A stretch of 64,000 nucleotides of DNA from the human T2T-CHM13v2.0 reference genome, Homo sapiens. Where the stretch lies: NCBI RefSeq assembly GCF_009914755.1, contig NC_060939.1, one strand, 5' to 3'. Both the position numbers and the translations under genes were made by a program. Positions 42,606-56,400 of this stretch are shown here, in pieces (position 1 is the stretch's first letter; each line of letters starts with the position of its first letter). The notes below the pieces were generated by a model. It made no database searches and was not told the DNA's origin. It saw only the letters and a list, made by a program, of their open reading frames with translations.

Positions 42606-45284
42606 GCCAAACTGATAGTGAAAATGGGTTAAATTCTATAAATACGTTAAAGATATAAGGGGCTGCAGTAGATACCTGCTGAGATAGAGAGGGTGATAAA
42701 GAGAGGGAGAGGAGGAGAAAGTAACTCCTGTTACATGGCTGAAGGTATTACTCTTCAAAGCATTGAATGCGAGGAAAAATACACTCAAGTTAGAAAAGAA
42801 AAAGAGCACTATTTACATGATCAATGTGTTTACTTTGAGAATAGGAGGCATTCGGTAGAAGATTGCTGAAAGTCTTCAAATTATGTTATTGATAAGGCTC
42901 TAGGCTTATTAATCACAAATGGACCTCTGCCATAACTTCCACCTTCTGAATTATTTATATATGTGTCCTTGGATGTCAAATAAACCTATGGTAGTAACTT
43001 TTTAAAATATTTCCTAAGGCAAAACATTACTAAGCATCTTTTTTTTTTTTTTTTATCAAGGCCTGAGATTGAAGTTAGAAAATAAAGTTTAAAAATAGAT
43101 ATTTGAAAAGAATTGCATTTTTGTAATGACATTTTAAAGCACAGAAAAGCTGTGAATACTTTGTTTCAATCAGACCAAATTCACTTTTATAACAAATAAA
43201 CTGAAAATTCATTAGGTAAAATCTTTCCAGGCATCCAGGCCTTGGGATGTTTCTCTCCCTTAGTTTCATTTCACTGGAAGGAATTCTGGCAGGCTCAGAA
43301 ATCATATGAACTAACCAGGGGAGGGATGGAATCAGCCTTCATTGCCTGGTGGTTTCTCTCTGTGTGTATTGTGACATGCACACACGTGCAAATAGAGAAA
43401 ACCTCCATTTAATTCCTTAAGCAATTGTAACAGGCAGGCATCATTTTCATTTAAGCATGAAGATTGGGACTCAAAGATTTGCATAACTTGGGGAAGGTCA
43501 CACCGTATGAAGGAAACATATTCAAGCCCAGCCCAAACTTCAGTTCTCCCACAGCCAGCTGCCTCTCACATGAGGTCAAATTACCTGACATACATAGAGT
43601 GAGTTTGGAAACTTAATAAAAACTCTCCTCCTCTCAAATGTTTCCTCTACCTAAGTCCCTGGCGTTTGGCTCTGAACAAGTCCTTTGAGGGTAAGAGGTA
43701 CTGATATTAGGAATACTTTCTAAGACACCACGCCAGTGCTTCCATTGTTAGCTTACAGTGCACACACATTCACGGAGTTTATCAGACTCCGTCCAGCCTG
43801 GGATACTCTGAGCCTCTAAGAGCCCAGGGAACTCAGACGGCAAAGTTGGAGTAGGAGACCAAATCACCCATCCTCATTCGTCATGCTGATTACTTTGCCT
43901 GCAGCTAAACCTGTCTTTAATTTTAAAATTAAATATTTTTAAAAAGTGTTTCTTCCTGTGGAATTGTGTTTTAGAAATTCTGATTTTCTTTTCCAATTTC
44001 CCTTGGAGATCAAATTTGAAGAAAATATTATTGAATACCTACATGATAATTTGCTACAGGTAATGTACAAAAGAGAATATAATGACATAAATATATTTGT
44101 GTTTATATTGTCATAAAACTCACCTTTCAGTTCTATTTAGTAAAAGCTTACCCTGTATATGGACCCATGCATGGATAGGACATGCTATCTGCTTTCTCAT
44201 GAGGAGCAGAGGCACAGGTAACTTTGAGGCAGGGAGGTTGTGGTTATGCAAAGAAAGATGATAAAGAAGAAATGGGAGAGCTAGAAGACAAACAGCCATA
44301 CGTGGTATGTGATAAAAAAGCTAAGTGAGCACATGGACAGAGTGCTAAAGCTCTAAGAGAGAGGAAATCTTTTTATTTCATGGTAGTAAAGCATTTACCA
44401 CCTCATAATAGTTTTGTGACCTTATGAAAAAGGCTCGGGCTCTCTCAGCTCTGGTTTCCCCAGCTGTAAAATTGCAATGATAACAGCTTACCTCTGAGGA
44501 TAGTTGTGAAGGTGAGGTGGTGAGCTAAAGAGCTAAGGAATCAATTAGTGGCTTTTATTATCATCATTATTGTTATTCAATGAGGAGATGATATTTGAGA
44601 TAAGCCTTCCTAGAAAGAATATTTGAGGAAGTTTAGGAGAATGGGAAAGAGAACATCTATGTGGGTATGGGATGGTGAGGGGTGGAAAAAAATGGTGAAC
44701 AGGTGGCATGTGCATTGTATGATTGGGAAAGGAGAGACGGGAAAGGAGCTGTCTGATTATGTCCTGGTTCCTGATGCCGGCTAGTGTGTGGTTAGGAGGG
44801 GATAAGAGGACAGGGCTAGTTTGGGGGCAATAGTTATATTATTTCTCATATGGCTTCTCAATTAACTTAGGATATTCTTCCTAAAGTGTTATCTCTGTCA
44901 GGAAAAATTGTGGAAAGACTTTGAAATGGATAAAATAATTACTAGGTGTCCTCTTTAGCTGCCTTTCCATTTTACCTAATTCTATAGGGGTCTGCACTTC
45001 TTTTGAACCATTTTATAAATCTGTAATGTGTAGAAAGCTTATGTGAATGCAAATGACTTTTTCCTAGGAATGCAAATAAACTTTGTCCAGTAGAATCAAA
45101 TGTATTATTGCCCAGTAACTATTGACATCTTCTGTGTTTGTTTATTTCAGCATTTCTGATTGCACGGATGTGTGTGTTGTTTGAATCCTCCCTCATACTG
45201 ATCGTAACATCTTACTGGTTCACTCATTACTTAAAGAAAATCTTTACATACATTCATTTTATATTTGTTAAGAGTCATATTTTA

Positions 45285-45570
<286 letters not shown>

Positions 45571-45799
45571 TCATATTTTAGTTCATTATTTAATACCTCA
45601 GGGCATTTTGCTGAGCATAATTCCTTTCTGGAAGGTCACATGCATTCTGGCAGGGTGTGTCAAGAGGGGTGAAGAGGGGAATAGATGAGAGAAATAGTCT
45701 ATTATACTAGCAGTCCCTATTGCCAAATCTTGCCAAATTGTCTTACCACCATTCCCACCCCCAAGTTGAAAAAAATAAGAGTTTTGAATTAAGATCTAG

Positions 45800-45972
45800 A
45801 GCTTTCTAATTTTTTTTCTTAAAGCGGGGTCTGCAGAAGAACAACACCATATATGCTGGGAACTTGTTGAAAAGGCAGAATCTTAAGATTCATTCCAGAC
45901 ATACTATATTGTAATCTTTACTTTAATGACATCCTCATGTGATTTGCACCCACTAAAGTTTAAAAAGTGCTG
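45800..45972. mobile_element. MER5A-like fragment
   Basis: tgggaacttgttgaaaaggcagaatct..gtgatttgcacccactaaagtttaaaaagtgctg. Confidence 0.65.
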
Positions 45973-46239
45973 ATCTAGAACAAAACAGTGAGACCCTGCA
46001 GCTCTCAGTTCACCACCTCTCTGCTTCCTCGTGCCTGGCTGAGACAGAGGTTCAGAGTCCATGCAGTGGCAATAAGAAAAGCCACGAGCCATGAGAGCTT
46101 AATTTTTTCTTTTATTAAATAAAGGAATCAGCATAATTGTAAGTCTCCAAAGTTTGAAACAGTTCAAGTTGAATGAGCGTAGAGACAAAAGATAATGGGA
46201 TATATATATATATATATCCATATATATATATATTATTCT

Positions 46240-47392
46240 AGCTTAATGATGGGGATACATTCTGAGAAGTGCATCAGGTGATTTCATAATGGTGTGAACA
46301 TCACAGAATGTACTCACACAGATCTAGATGGCATAGCCTACTCCGTACCTAGGCTGTATGGAATAGCCAATTACTCCTAGGCTACAAACCTGTACAGTCT
46401 GTTACTGTACTGAATACTGTAGGCAATTGTAACACAATGGTACTTGTGTATCTAAACATAGAAAGGTACGGTAAAAATATGCTATAAAATATAAAAAATG
46501 GCATACTTGTGTAGGGCACTTACCATGAATGGAGCTTGCAGGACTGGAAGTTGCGCTGGGTGAGTCAGTGAGTAGTGAGTGAATGTGAAGGCCTAGGAAG
46601 TTACCGTGCATTACGGTACACTTTATAAACACTGTTCACTTAGGCCACGCTACCTTTATAACTTTTTTCTTTCTTTAATAATAAGTTAACCTTAGCTTAC
46701 TGTAACCTTTTTACTTTATAAGCTTTTTAAGTTTTAAAAAGTTTTTGACTTTTCTGTAATAACACTTAAAACACAAACACATTGTACAGCTGTACAAAAT
46801 TAGTTTCTTTTGTATATCCTTATTCTAAAGCTTTTTTCTATTTTTAAATCTCTTTTTTTACTTTTTAAAGTTTTTGTTAAAAATGAAGACATGGACACGC
46901 AATAGCCTAGGCCTACACAGGGTCAGGATCATCAATATCACTCTCTTGTCCCACCTCTTGTCCCATTGGAAAGTCTTCGGGGCAAAAACACACACGGAGC
47001 TGTCATCTCCTGTGATAACAGTGCCTTCTTCTGGAATACCTCCTGGAGGACCTGCCTGAGGCTGCTTCAAAATAACTTATTTATAAGTACACTCTAAAAT
47101 AATGATGAAAAATATAGTATAGTATTTATTTCATAAGCTAGTAACATAGCCATTTATTATTATGTACTGCACATAATTGCATGTGCTATAATTTTTTTAC
47201 AATTGAAAATACAGTAGGTTTGTTTACACCAGGATGACCACAAACATGTGAGTAATGCATTGAGTTGTGACACGACAATGACTATGATGTCACTATTGAT
47301 AGGAATTTTGTGGCTTTGTTTTAATCTTATGGGACCACCTTTGTATGTGCAGTCCATTGTTGACTACAACATTGTTATGCAGAACATGATTG
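46240..47392 (+). mobile_element. Tigger3b-like (TcMar-Tigger) non-autonomous DNA transposon, with (TA)n at the left edge
   Basis: cttaatgatggggatacattctgagaa..cctaggctacaaacctgtacag..gttatgcagaacatgattg; ~1.15 kb. Confidence 0.9.
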
Positions 47393-47804
47393 TGTGTGTG
47401 TTTGTGTGTGTGAATCCAACGAGGATATCCTGCAGCTACCCGGCTATATCCTGGCAGACCCCTTTCCTGCAGCAACATGTCCATTTATTGCTGCAGACTG
47501 TTCTCACTGGTTTGATTATTCTCGGGACCCTCAGCCTTGCGGCTCATCTTTGGACTCTCCCACTCTTTTGAATTTGAGATATTGACTTCTTCTCCTCGAT
47601 GCTCTCCAAGGACAATTTTTTGCCACGAACTCTTTGACATTTTTGCTGTTGGAGGACTTGAATAGGCTACCTTTGCCCTGGCAGACCCATGCTCTGGCAC
47701 TAATCAGTTCTACCCTTCCAAGTGGAGAAGATAATCATGGTCTCTGGGGCTACAGCTCATATGCAAGGGCATTGGTGGAAATTGGCTATGGTTCCCATAG
47801 ATGA

Positions 47805-48164
<360 letters not shown>

Positions 48165-48251
48165 TAAAACTCTTTGACACACACAAGGGTACAATCAATG
48201 TGTTACCATAGGTGAGTTTAACCAAATGTCCTTTAACATTACCTTAGACTC

Positions 48252-48474
48252 CAGGGTTTCTCAACCTTGGTAATATTCATACCTTGGGCAGAATATTTCC
48301 TTTTGTGGAAGGGCTGTGCTGAACATTGTATAATATTTATCAGCAGTCCTGGCCTCCATCCACTACATACAAGTACCCTCCTCCCTGATATGACAACTAA
48401 AAATGCCACCAGACATTTGCCAAATGTCCCTGAGGAGTGAGGAAGACGGGGGACAAAATCACCCTTGGTTGAGA
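48252..48474. mobile_element. MER20
   Basis: cagggtttctcaaccttgg..tgacaactaaaaatg..ccagacatt.gccaaatgtccc..aaaatcaccc.tggttgaga. Confidence 0.88.
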
Positions 48475-49411
48475 CATTTATCTATGTGTGTAGGTTGCTA
48501 TTATTTGCAATCCTAACCCTGGAAACAAGAAAAATCTCCCAACATCTGACCTGGAGGCTTACAGAAAAAAAAGTGCTTGTCAGTAACCATTACACTTCGA
48601 TTTGGGATTCCTGGGTGCATAGCAAAATAGAAAGTCGTCAGTTTTGTTTTGCTTTACTGATGTGTGCTTTAGGGGAAAAGCAAAGTGATCTGGTTGTGCT
48701 TGAATGAGATAGTGGTATTTTCATAACACAATTAGAATGGGGAAAAATTGCATGCAATTAGGTTGAAAGATGCCTTCTTTAAGATGCACTTGGCATAACA
48801 GAGCCAGCAGGTTGCAAATTATGGAATGTAGATTTTCATTATCGGGTCTGCATAATGTATAGCTTGCATTTAACAACCAGGTCTGAGGGTGGGTAGGAAG
48901 CATGTCAATTGTTTGGTGCGGTAACTAAGGCTTAACACTTTCTACCTCTGGTTTTTTTTATTGCTGTTGCCTTAATTTAAGCACATTTGCCGCTATATTT
49001 GCATTTTCTTCAGTTGCTCTTTTTTCTAGTGTATTACCATCATGGTCGCTGCCATTGACTATCAGCATCCTGTGGAAAATCATTTTAGAATCCTCCCAAT
49101 GCTGGAGAGAGCAGAGATGTGAAGCCTGGCCATCCCCAACCCGGGCATGCCCAATGAGATGACTGGGAAGACCATGGCCTCAGTTTTTTCACTGGACAAA
49201 ATGGGAGGAGGGGCAGTCGATGCTCATTTTCCAGTTCCTGCCTGACCCTCTCTGACCCTTTACTTTTTAAATCATTCATCAAATGACCATTTTAAAGTTT
49301 TAAAAAATTTTCAGTTCATCATTACTATCATTTTTCATCATATTTCACTGGGGCCTTATTCTTGCCAGGAAACTCTCTGCCCTAGTTCAAAACCTAGCTT
49401 ACCACTTATGA

Positions 49412-49903
49412 CAGTAGTCCCCCCTTATCTGTGGTTTCACTTTCTGTGGTTTCAGTTATCTAGTCAGCCACAGTCTGAAAATATCAAAAGAAAAATTTCA
49501 GAAAGAAATAATTCATATGTTTTCAATTACGCACTGTTGCTGAGTAGCGTGATGAAATCTCTCTCTGTCCCTCTCTATCCTGCCTGAGACGTGATGCATC
49601 CATGTGTCCGGCGTGTCTGCGCCGTAGACAGTACCTGCCTGTTAGTCACTTAGCAGCCATCTCGGTTATCAGACCGGCGGCCATTGTATTGCAGCAGTGC
49701 TTGTACTCAATTATTTAACTCAACTATTCTATTTTATTATTAATTGTTGTTAATCTCTTCCTGTGGCTAATTTATAAATTACACTTTATTATAAGGTATC
49801 CATATACAGGAAAAAACATAATATACATAGGATTCAGTACTATTTGTGGTTTCTGGCAACCACTGCAGGGGGGTTGCCTGGAATGTATCCTCATGGACTA
49901 CTG
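49412..49903. mobile_element. MER44 (Tigger7-derived) nested in a MIR
   Basis: TIR cagtagtcc..ggactactg followed by TA; internal ctgagtagcgtgatgaaatctc. Confidence 0.88.
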
Positions 49904-50221
49904 TAGCTGGAAAATTGACTGAACTTCTAATCAGGGGTCATAGTCAAAATAGATAAAATTGTTGAGGCTCAACCAGTTCAAGCAGATGACAGCACAGCCC
50001 AGGAGCAGGTACTGGGAGTTCCTGCTGTACCAGGCGCTCAGCTTTGAGTCACTGGATCATGTGAAAGCAGGGAGGGGAACAGGCCAAGTGGGGAGCAGTC
50101 AAAGGAGGTGACCCAGAGGAGGACTTGGAGTAGCCAGAGTACAGGAGAGTGCTTGGGGGAATCAGGGTAGCAGATTTACCACAGATGCGGAAGCCACAGA
50201 CTGTTAGTTCCGAGACTGATT

Positions 50222-50372
50222 AAGTCTCACCTGCCTCATACAAAATGGAAATTCAAATAGTGTTTATTGATAGGGTTATTATGGTGCTTCACGGAGATTT
50301 TGCAAGTAAAGCACATAGCATAAGGCCTGATGCAGCATAAGTGCTCAATAAATATTAGCCAATATTATTATC
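50222..50372 (+). mobile_element. MIR 3' part
   Basis: aaaatggaa..gtaaagcacatagca..aagtgctcaataaatattagc. Confidence 0.75.
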
Positions 50373-51407
50373 ATTACCCGATTGTGTCTTCCATATCTCT
50401 TTTTGTGTTTCTTCATTGCTTTATCCTACCCACATGTCTATTCTGTGCATTTCTGGTTCTATTTCCCCATTTCTCTATTGTTCCTGTTTAAAGTTTTCTC
50501 ATGTCCTTAATGTTGTTTCTGCCCTTTTATGTTTCTCTATTTTATTTCTCCTTTTCTGTTAGTATTTTGTCATGCATATCTCCCAAATTTATGTGGGAAT
50601 GAATATGTGAATGGAATGGGAATATGAGGCACAAAGCAATTTTCAAAATAATGGATGCCTGCAAGTGAAAACGAAGGGAGGGGGATATTTCACTGGCACC
50701 ATAACTGGGATTCACAGACTTTCTGCTGAGTTTTGAGGTTATGGAAAACCCATGTGCCTGTATGACAGAGTTCTGTCCATGGGAAAAAGGAGACTTAGAG
50801 GAGGGTGTCTGGGGTGTTGTGTCAGGGCCAGAGACTGAGCTACGGGCAAATAATACAGTACGTTCCCAGACTTGCGTCAGAGCCCAAGAGGAAGGAAGAG
50901 CGCGGTGAAAGCTGAGGAAGTCATTTATGTAACGGACTCTGTGAGATCAGAGACAAGGAGTAAAATGCCTGAGCTCAAGTGACAACAAGCAACCCCAGAC
51001 TAGAGACAGGATCCTTCTCCCCACTTCGAGCAGATCCCAGCATGAATCCTGCAGTATGGTGATGGCAAAAGTCAGTGCAGGACCACTGGGACTCCTGGAG
51101 CTTCTCACATCTCTGAGAGCACCAGCAGCAGGTATTTTGCTCAAAGCAGAGGTGTTCTCAGGGGGGGATGGTTTGACCAAATGTATCTACGGTGCCTTGT
51201 GGGAGTGGGCATAGCATGTGAAGACCAGAATAAAGACCTCGTAAGAGAAGTGGTTGTCAGCTGTCAATGATGCTCCAAATAACTGAAATTCATGGCGAGT
51301 TAGAGTCATGTGGGGTGATGCAAAGATTCTGAGGGTACCCGTGGAAGCTGCAGTCTAGCAGAGTGGGTTTTAAGCACTGAAGTTACCTCATTTGTGTCTA
51401 CAGGCTG

Positions 51408-52667
51408 GGCTATGGGTTGGCTGTTTGACCCCCTCAAACCTCATGTTGAAGTTTGATTCCAGTGTTGGAAGGGGGTCTAATTCGAGGTGTCTGGGTAGTA
51501 GGAGCAGATCCCCATTAATAGATGAATGCCCTTTCTGAGGGGAGGGAGTGACTGAGTTCTCACCATGTTAGTTCCCATGAGAGACAGCTGTGAAAAAGAG
51601 CCTGGCACTATTTCTCCCTCTCTTGCTTCCTCTCCCACCATGTGATCTCTGCACAGCCAGCTCTCCTCTGCCGTTTGCCATGAGTGGAAGCAGCCTGAGG
51701 CCTCACCTGATGCAGATGCCACTGCCATGCTTCTAGTAGAGCCCACAGAACCATGAGCCAAACAAACCTTTCTTCTTATTGTTTTTCTTCCCAACTTTTG
51801 TTTTAGTTGGGAAATAAAGGCCCAGTGGAGTGTTTTCTCCACTGTGTTGTGACAGTGGGCCATGAACTTGCCTCATCTTCCTAATAGTTATCTACTACTT
51901 AATGTCCGAAGAAACATATGTATTGGCTTGACTAATGTTACATTTATGTTGTTAAGAAACATGTACTCAGGGGCTACATGTGCAGGTTTGCTACATGGGT
52001 AAATTTCATACCATAGGAGTTTGGTGTACAGATTATTTTGTCATCCAGGAAATAAGCATAGCATCTATAGGTATGTTTTTGATCCGCACCCTCCTCCTAT
52101 CCTCCACCCTCAAGCAGGCTTTGGTGTCTATTGTTCCTTTCTTTGTGTACATGTGTACTCCATGTTTAGCTTTCACTTACAAGTGAGAACATGAGGTATT
52201 TGGTTTTTTGTTCCTGCATGAATTATCTTAGGATAATGGCATTCAGCTCCATCCATGTTGCTGCAAAAGACACGATCTCATTGTTTTTTAATAGTGGCAT
52301 AGTATTCCATGGTGTATATATACCATGTTTTCTTTATTCAGTCCACTGTTGATGGGCATGTAGGTTGACTCCATGTTTTTGCTATTGTGAATAGTGCTGA
52401 GATAAACATACATGTCCATGTGTCTTTATGGTAGAACAATTAATATTACTTTGGGTATACACCGAGTAACAGAATTGCTGGGTCAAAAGGCTGTTCTACG
52501 TTAAGTTCTTTGAGAAATCTCCAAACTGCTTTCCACAATGGCTGAACTAATTTACATTCCCACTAACAGTGTATAAGTATTTCCTTTTCTCTCCAATAAA
52601 CCTCTTGTCTTTATAAATTACCCAGCCTCAGATATTCCTTCATGGCATTTCAAAACAGACTAAGACA
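51408..52667 (+). mobile_element. MSTB-like MaLR solo LTR, interrupted by an L1PA
   Basis: gctatgg..tcatgttgaa..gaaccatgagccaaacaaacc | aataaacctc..ttataaattacccagcctcag..cagactaagaca. Confidence 0.9.
51776..52594 (-). mobile_element. 5'-truncated L1PA (PA15/16-like) with a foreign 158-bp insert near its 3' end
   Basis: aacttttgttttagtt|insert|tcaggggctacatgtgcaggtttg..; degenerate 15-bp TSD aacaaacctttcttc/aataaacctcttgtc. Confidence 0.9.
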
Positions 52668-53339
52668 TGGTGGTTGTCTGAAGTTATAGAGGCAGATACA
52701 AAAAGGAAAATTATGCTAATTACTACTTCTAACCTCATCCCTCACTCCACCTTTCAGAAATTAGGATTAAGTATGTCTGGGGCAAGGCCCAGGAATCTGA
52801 ACTTTTAACGAGTACACCATCCTCCCCTTCTGTTCCTATCCTAGATCCTTAGAATATACACAAAGTTTTCATGGACCACACATTATGAAACACTGGATTA
52901 GCGCAAAGTGAAATGCTTCCAGAGTAGGAGCCACTATTCTGAGGAATCTTGGAAGAAAAAGTATCAAAATATGTTACTATGTTTTGGGGGGATAGAGACA
53001 GAACTTAAAATTGATTGAACTCCAAATATGGCCAATTTTTTGGATGATTTAATCTTTCCCTAAAGCTCTTTGTTTACCCATAAAATGTGAACTTTCCTTG
53101 ACTTTGACTGGGTATGGAGTAGATTGATGGTATTGACTGATATTTTTGAGTGTGTAGTTTGTGGTTTTATGAGGCATTTTTATATTGTCTTTACACTTTT
53201 GGAAAGTATATGCAATTGCTAAAACTTCAACGTTATCTTTTTCTTTTGATGAAATAGAAAACATCGCCCATTTCATCTGTTTCTTCAGTCCCCAGATAGC
53301 AGATGACTGGTAGGAAGATGAGGCAAGTTTGCGGTCCAT

Positions 53340-53480
53340 TGTCATGGATAGTGGAGACAACACTGGGCCAGAAGTGGTAAGACCTGAATCCAAGACTCAG
53401 CTCTGCCACTTGCTAAATGGGACTTTGAATAAACCATTTCTCTGCACTTAAGTTCCTTACCAACAAAACGAGGGAAGTGG
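53340..53480 (+). mobile_element. MIR fragment
   Basis: agtggagacaacactgggcc..agacctgaatcc..cagctctgccacttgcta. Confidence 0.7.
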
Positions 53481-56400
53481 CCTACATGCCTAGATATCAA
53501 CATTTCATGTCACGTAGAGATCTAGCATCACAAGAATCCAAGTCATCCTCTGTTGCCTTTAAGGTAAGCGCTGTTGAAAAATAATCAGCTATCAGAGTGC
53601 TCAATTCCAGTCTTCAATTACGTAAAGAAAACCAATACCGTATACCTCTTGGCCTGCCCATTTCAGGACAGGGTGGAGGAGGCAGAAGGAAGTGGGAGTT
53701 GCACTGGGGAGGGAGAGAGACTAGCTCTTCCAGCTGCTCTTATGATGAGGAAATAATTACTTAATGGCTAGGCAATTTGTGAAGCAGCTGCTGGTGGTTT
53801 GGGGACCCAGCTGTTCCAAAAAATAAAAAGAATTGGGTTTTCTCTTTCCATATCCTTCCCATAGTAGACAAATTAGATATGTAGTTTCAAAATAAATGAT
53901 TAATTCCTACTGAGAAATGTTCTTTAGAATCCCTTGTTGAGTAAGAGTCTAAAGGATTGGTTAAGTTTCAATGCTCACATTTAAAAATAAATCTTAAAAG
54001 TATGAGAATTTGAGAGAAATCTAAGCTCATCGGAAATGTATACCAAACCCTCTACCTGATGTTGCTATAATTGATAGTCATTTTTTTTAATCCCTGAGGT
54101 AAAATAAAATCAAACAATAACATGCCAGAACAACTGTCTCTTTTTTCTGGCTACGGAGTGTGGAACAAAAGCAGGTTCCATTCTTTGGTGGCATTGGCCA
54201 GGCAAGCAGGGTGTCTGGACAGCTAGGGAGAAGGTGACAATGGGATGGAAATCAGATGCTCACTCAGTAAATATCTGTGAGCAAGTAAGTGGACTAGGGA
54301 TTTTGTGGGTTTTTTATGTCATCCTCAGAGGCATGAGGGAAGAAGGTCTCAGTCTATCCATCGTGCAGATGAAAAAACCAAAGCCCACATGACTTACTCA
54401 CCTAAGCTTTCCCAGTGGTGATGTGTGGAATCAAGTTGAAAAGGTAGAAAAGAGGTTAAAGGAAACACATTTGGAGTCTAGCTGTTTGAATCCTGGATCT
54501 GCCAGTGTCTGAGGTTGGACAAGTGACTTAGCCATCGAGGCTTCCTTTCCACTCAGCACAGTTGTCCAGCAGACCGTGAGCTCCAATTCAGTGACAGAGA
54601 TGATTAACTCCGTCTGGCTTGAAACGCTTGCTCATGTACTACACTTTGCTACGCTGAAAGTAACACAGGTTTGCAGAAAAAAAATAATAATCAGCGCCAC
54701 ATCTGGCTACAGAAAACCCATTATATACCACAAAACAGCATGTATTAGCTTGGCTTACATTACATTTATGTTGTTCAGAAAGAAACAGGAATCAAGAGGG
54801 ATGTAATTCTGACTCTTTTCATGGGGTGGTCATTAAACAGCCTTTACTCACCTTTCCACTCTGAGTATTAACTTCTGAGTTGTCAGTGGTCTGAGCAGGA
54901 CCTGGGCAGCATGTTGCATTTTCAGCAGTTGCAGGAGGACATCTTTCCATAAATTTCCCCTGGAAGGAAGGAAATAATAACATAATCTCATCATCTGCTG
55001 ATTGAACAAGATCTGCTATATTACAAATCTGCTTAGCTGAGGAGCGGCTCTCCTGGCCTGCTTTCCTCCAGCTGTCTAAATATTACTTAGTTCCAAAACC
55101 TGTCTTACTCCTACTTCCTCCAACAAATCCCATCTCAAGGCCTTCAGGCCACACTGACCTCTTTCTCCTTTTCAGAGTCCCAAAGTTCCTTGCATCTGTA
55201 CCACACATTTCAGAACTTGTTTTGATGATCTTGTATTGTCCTCTGACTCATTTTAAACCAATATTTGTTCCTTGAGAATGAAGATCATACTAACAATCTC
55301 TTTGTCCCCTGCAGATTTCAGCATGGTGAAGGAAAAGTAGCAGAAGACTGAATGCATACTCAGTTTTCAAGCTCTGGATTTAATCTTTCCATAGCTGGAA
55401 TTGCCTCCTCCTCAAAAGCCTTATTTGTTCATTTAATTGGGGCAACATGAAATAATGATGTATCATTGACAGAGAACAGGGGGCTTAGGTTCTCATCTTG
55501 GTCCTAGTGATTACTCTATGCATAACCTCAACTTCTTTATCTGTACATTGGGAACAATAATTCTTACTCCACTTGTTGTGTTGAAACTGAATTATATAAT
55601 TCATAAATTAAAACACCAAATTCTGATAAATGCTAAATGCCATTTTCTTATCTTGTTCTTTCCTATAATGCCCATTTTGATATAAACCAGGCTCCCTAGT
55701 CAGTCTTGCAGAAGGTATTCTCAAGAAGAACTTATATCTTTGGTTTATCAACAAATTTGCAAAGCTGTGTTGATAATCTAGAGCTGAGTCTTTTAACAAG
55801 TTTTAACAATATCTCAATTACTATGATGTAGGTCTCTTAATAAAATGTAAATGTAAATGTGACAGAAGTCAACATTAGGACTTTTAGGAAGGGATATAGA
55901 CACTCAACATTCCTCTTTGTTCAGGAGGGTGACATAGCACAGCTTGCCACCTGTGAGCTAACCTTATCTAGAACACAGCATAGGAACTACTGCTTGACTA
56001 GAAAACTAATTTATAAAGCTTAAGGAACTTAAGGGACTTTCAGGGACTAATTTACCATCATAAAATATCTATCTCTACGAAGAAAGAAGAGAGTTTTAAG
56101 TACTTGAAAATAAAAATCTTATATTTTAGACTTTTTGAGTGAAACTTCTTCACCCTTGCAATAGACTGGCCAGAAAAAGAGTGATTGCCATCTCCCATCT
56201 CTTAGAATAGCATGCTTGCCTGCAGACTCTGTGGCCATGTTTCAACAACTGGATTAGACCTCTTTCAATATCAAATCCATATCTGATCAATTTCAAGTTG
56301 TTCCTGTCCCTTGGGAGTGGTTTGCCATTTCCTGCCTATGACTGAATTCCTGCTTTCTTCTTATCCTCAATAGCTCATGGCACGGACATTCTCGTGTGCC

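Noticed and set aside
49143-49152. Perfect p53 half-site GGGCATGCCC
   Set aside because: There is no adjacent second half-site, and a single decamer is weak evidence.
51819-51861. Hairpin cagtggag-tgtttt-ctccactg as a small structured RNA
   Set aside because: It lies within the templated inverted insertion, the longer stem is not present in the donor copy, and there are no ncRNA motifs.
53518-53568. Strong donor AAG|gtaagc at 53563
   Set aside because: The upstream acceptor is weak and no coding frame or partner exon could be identified.
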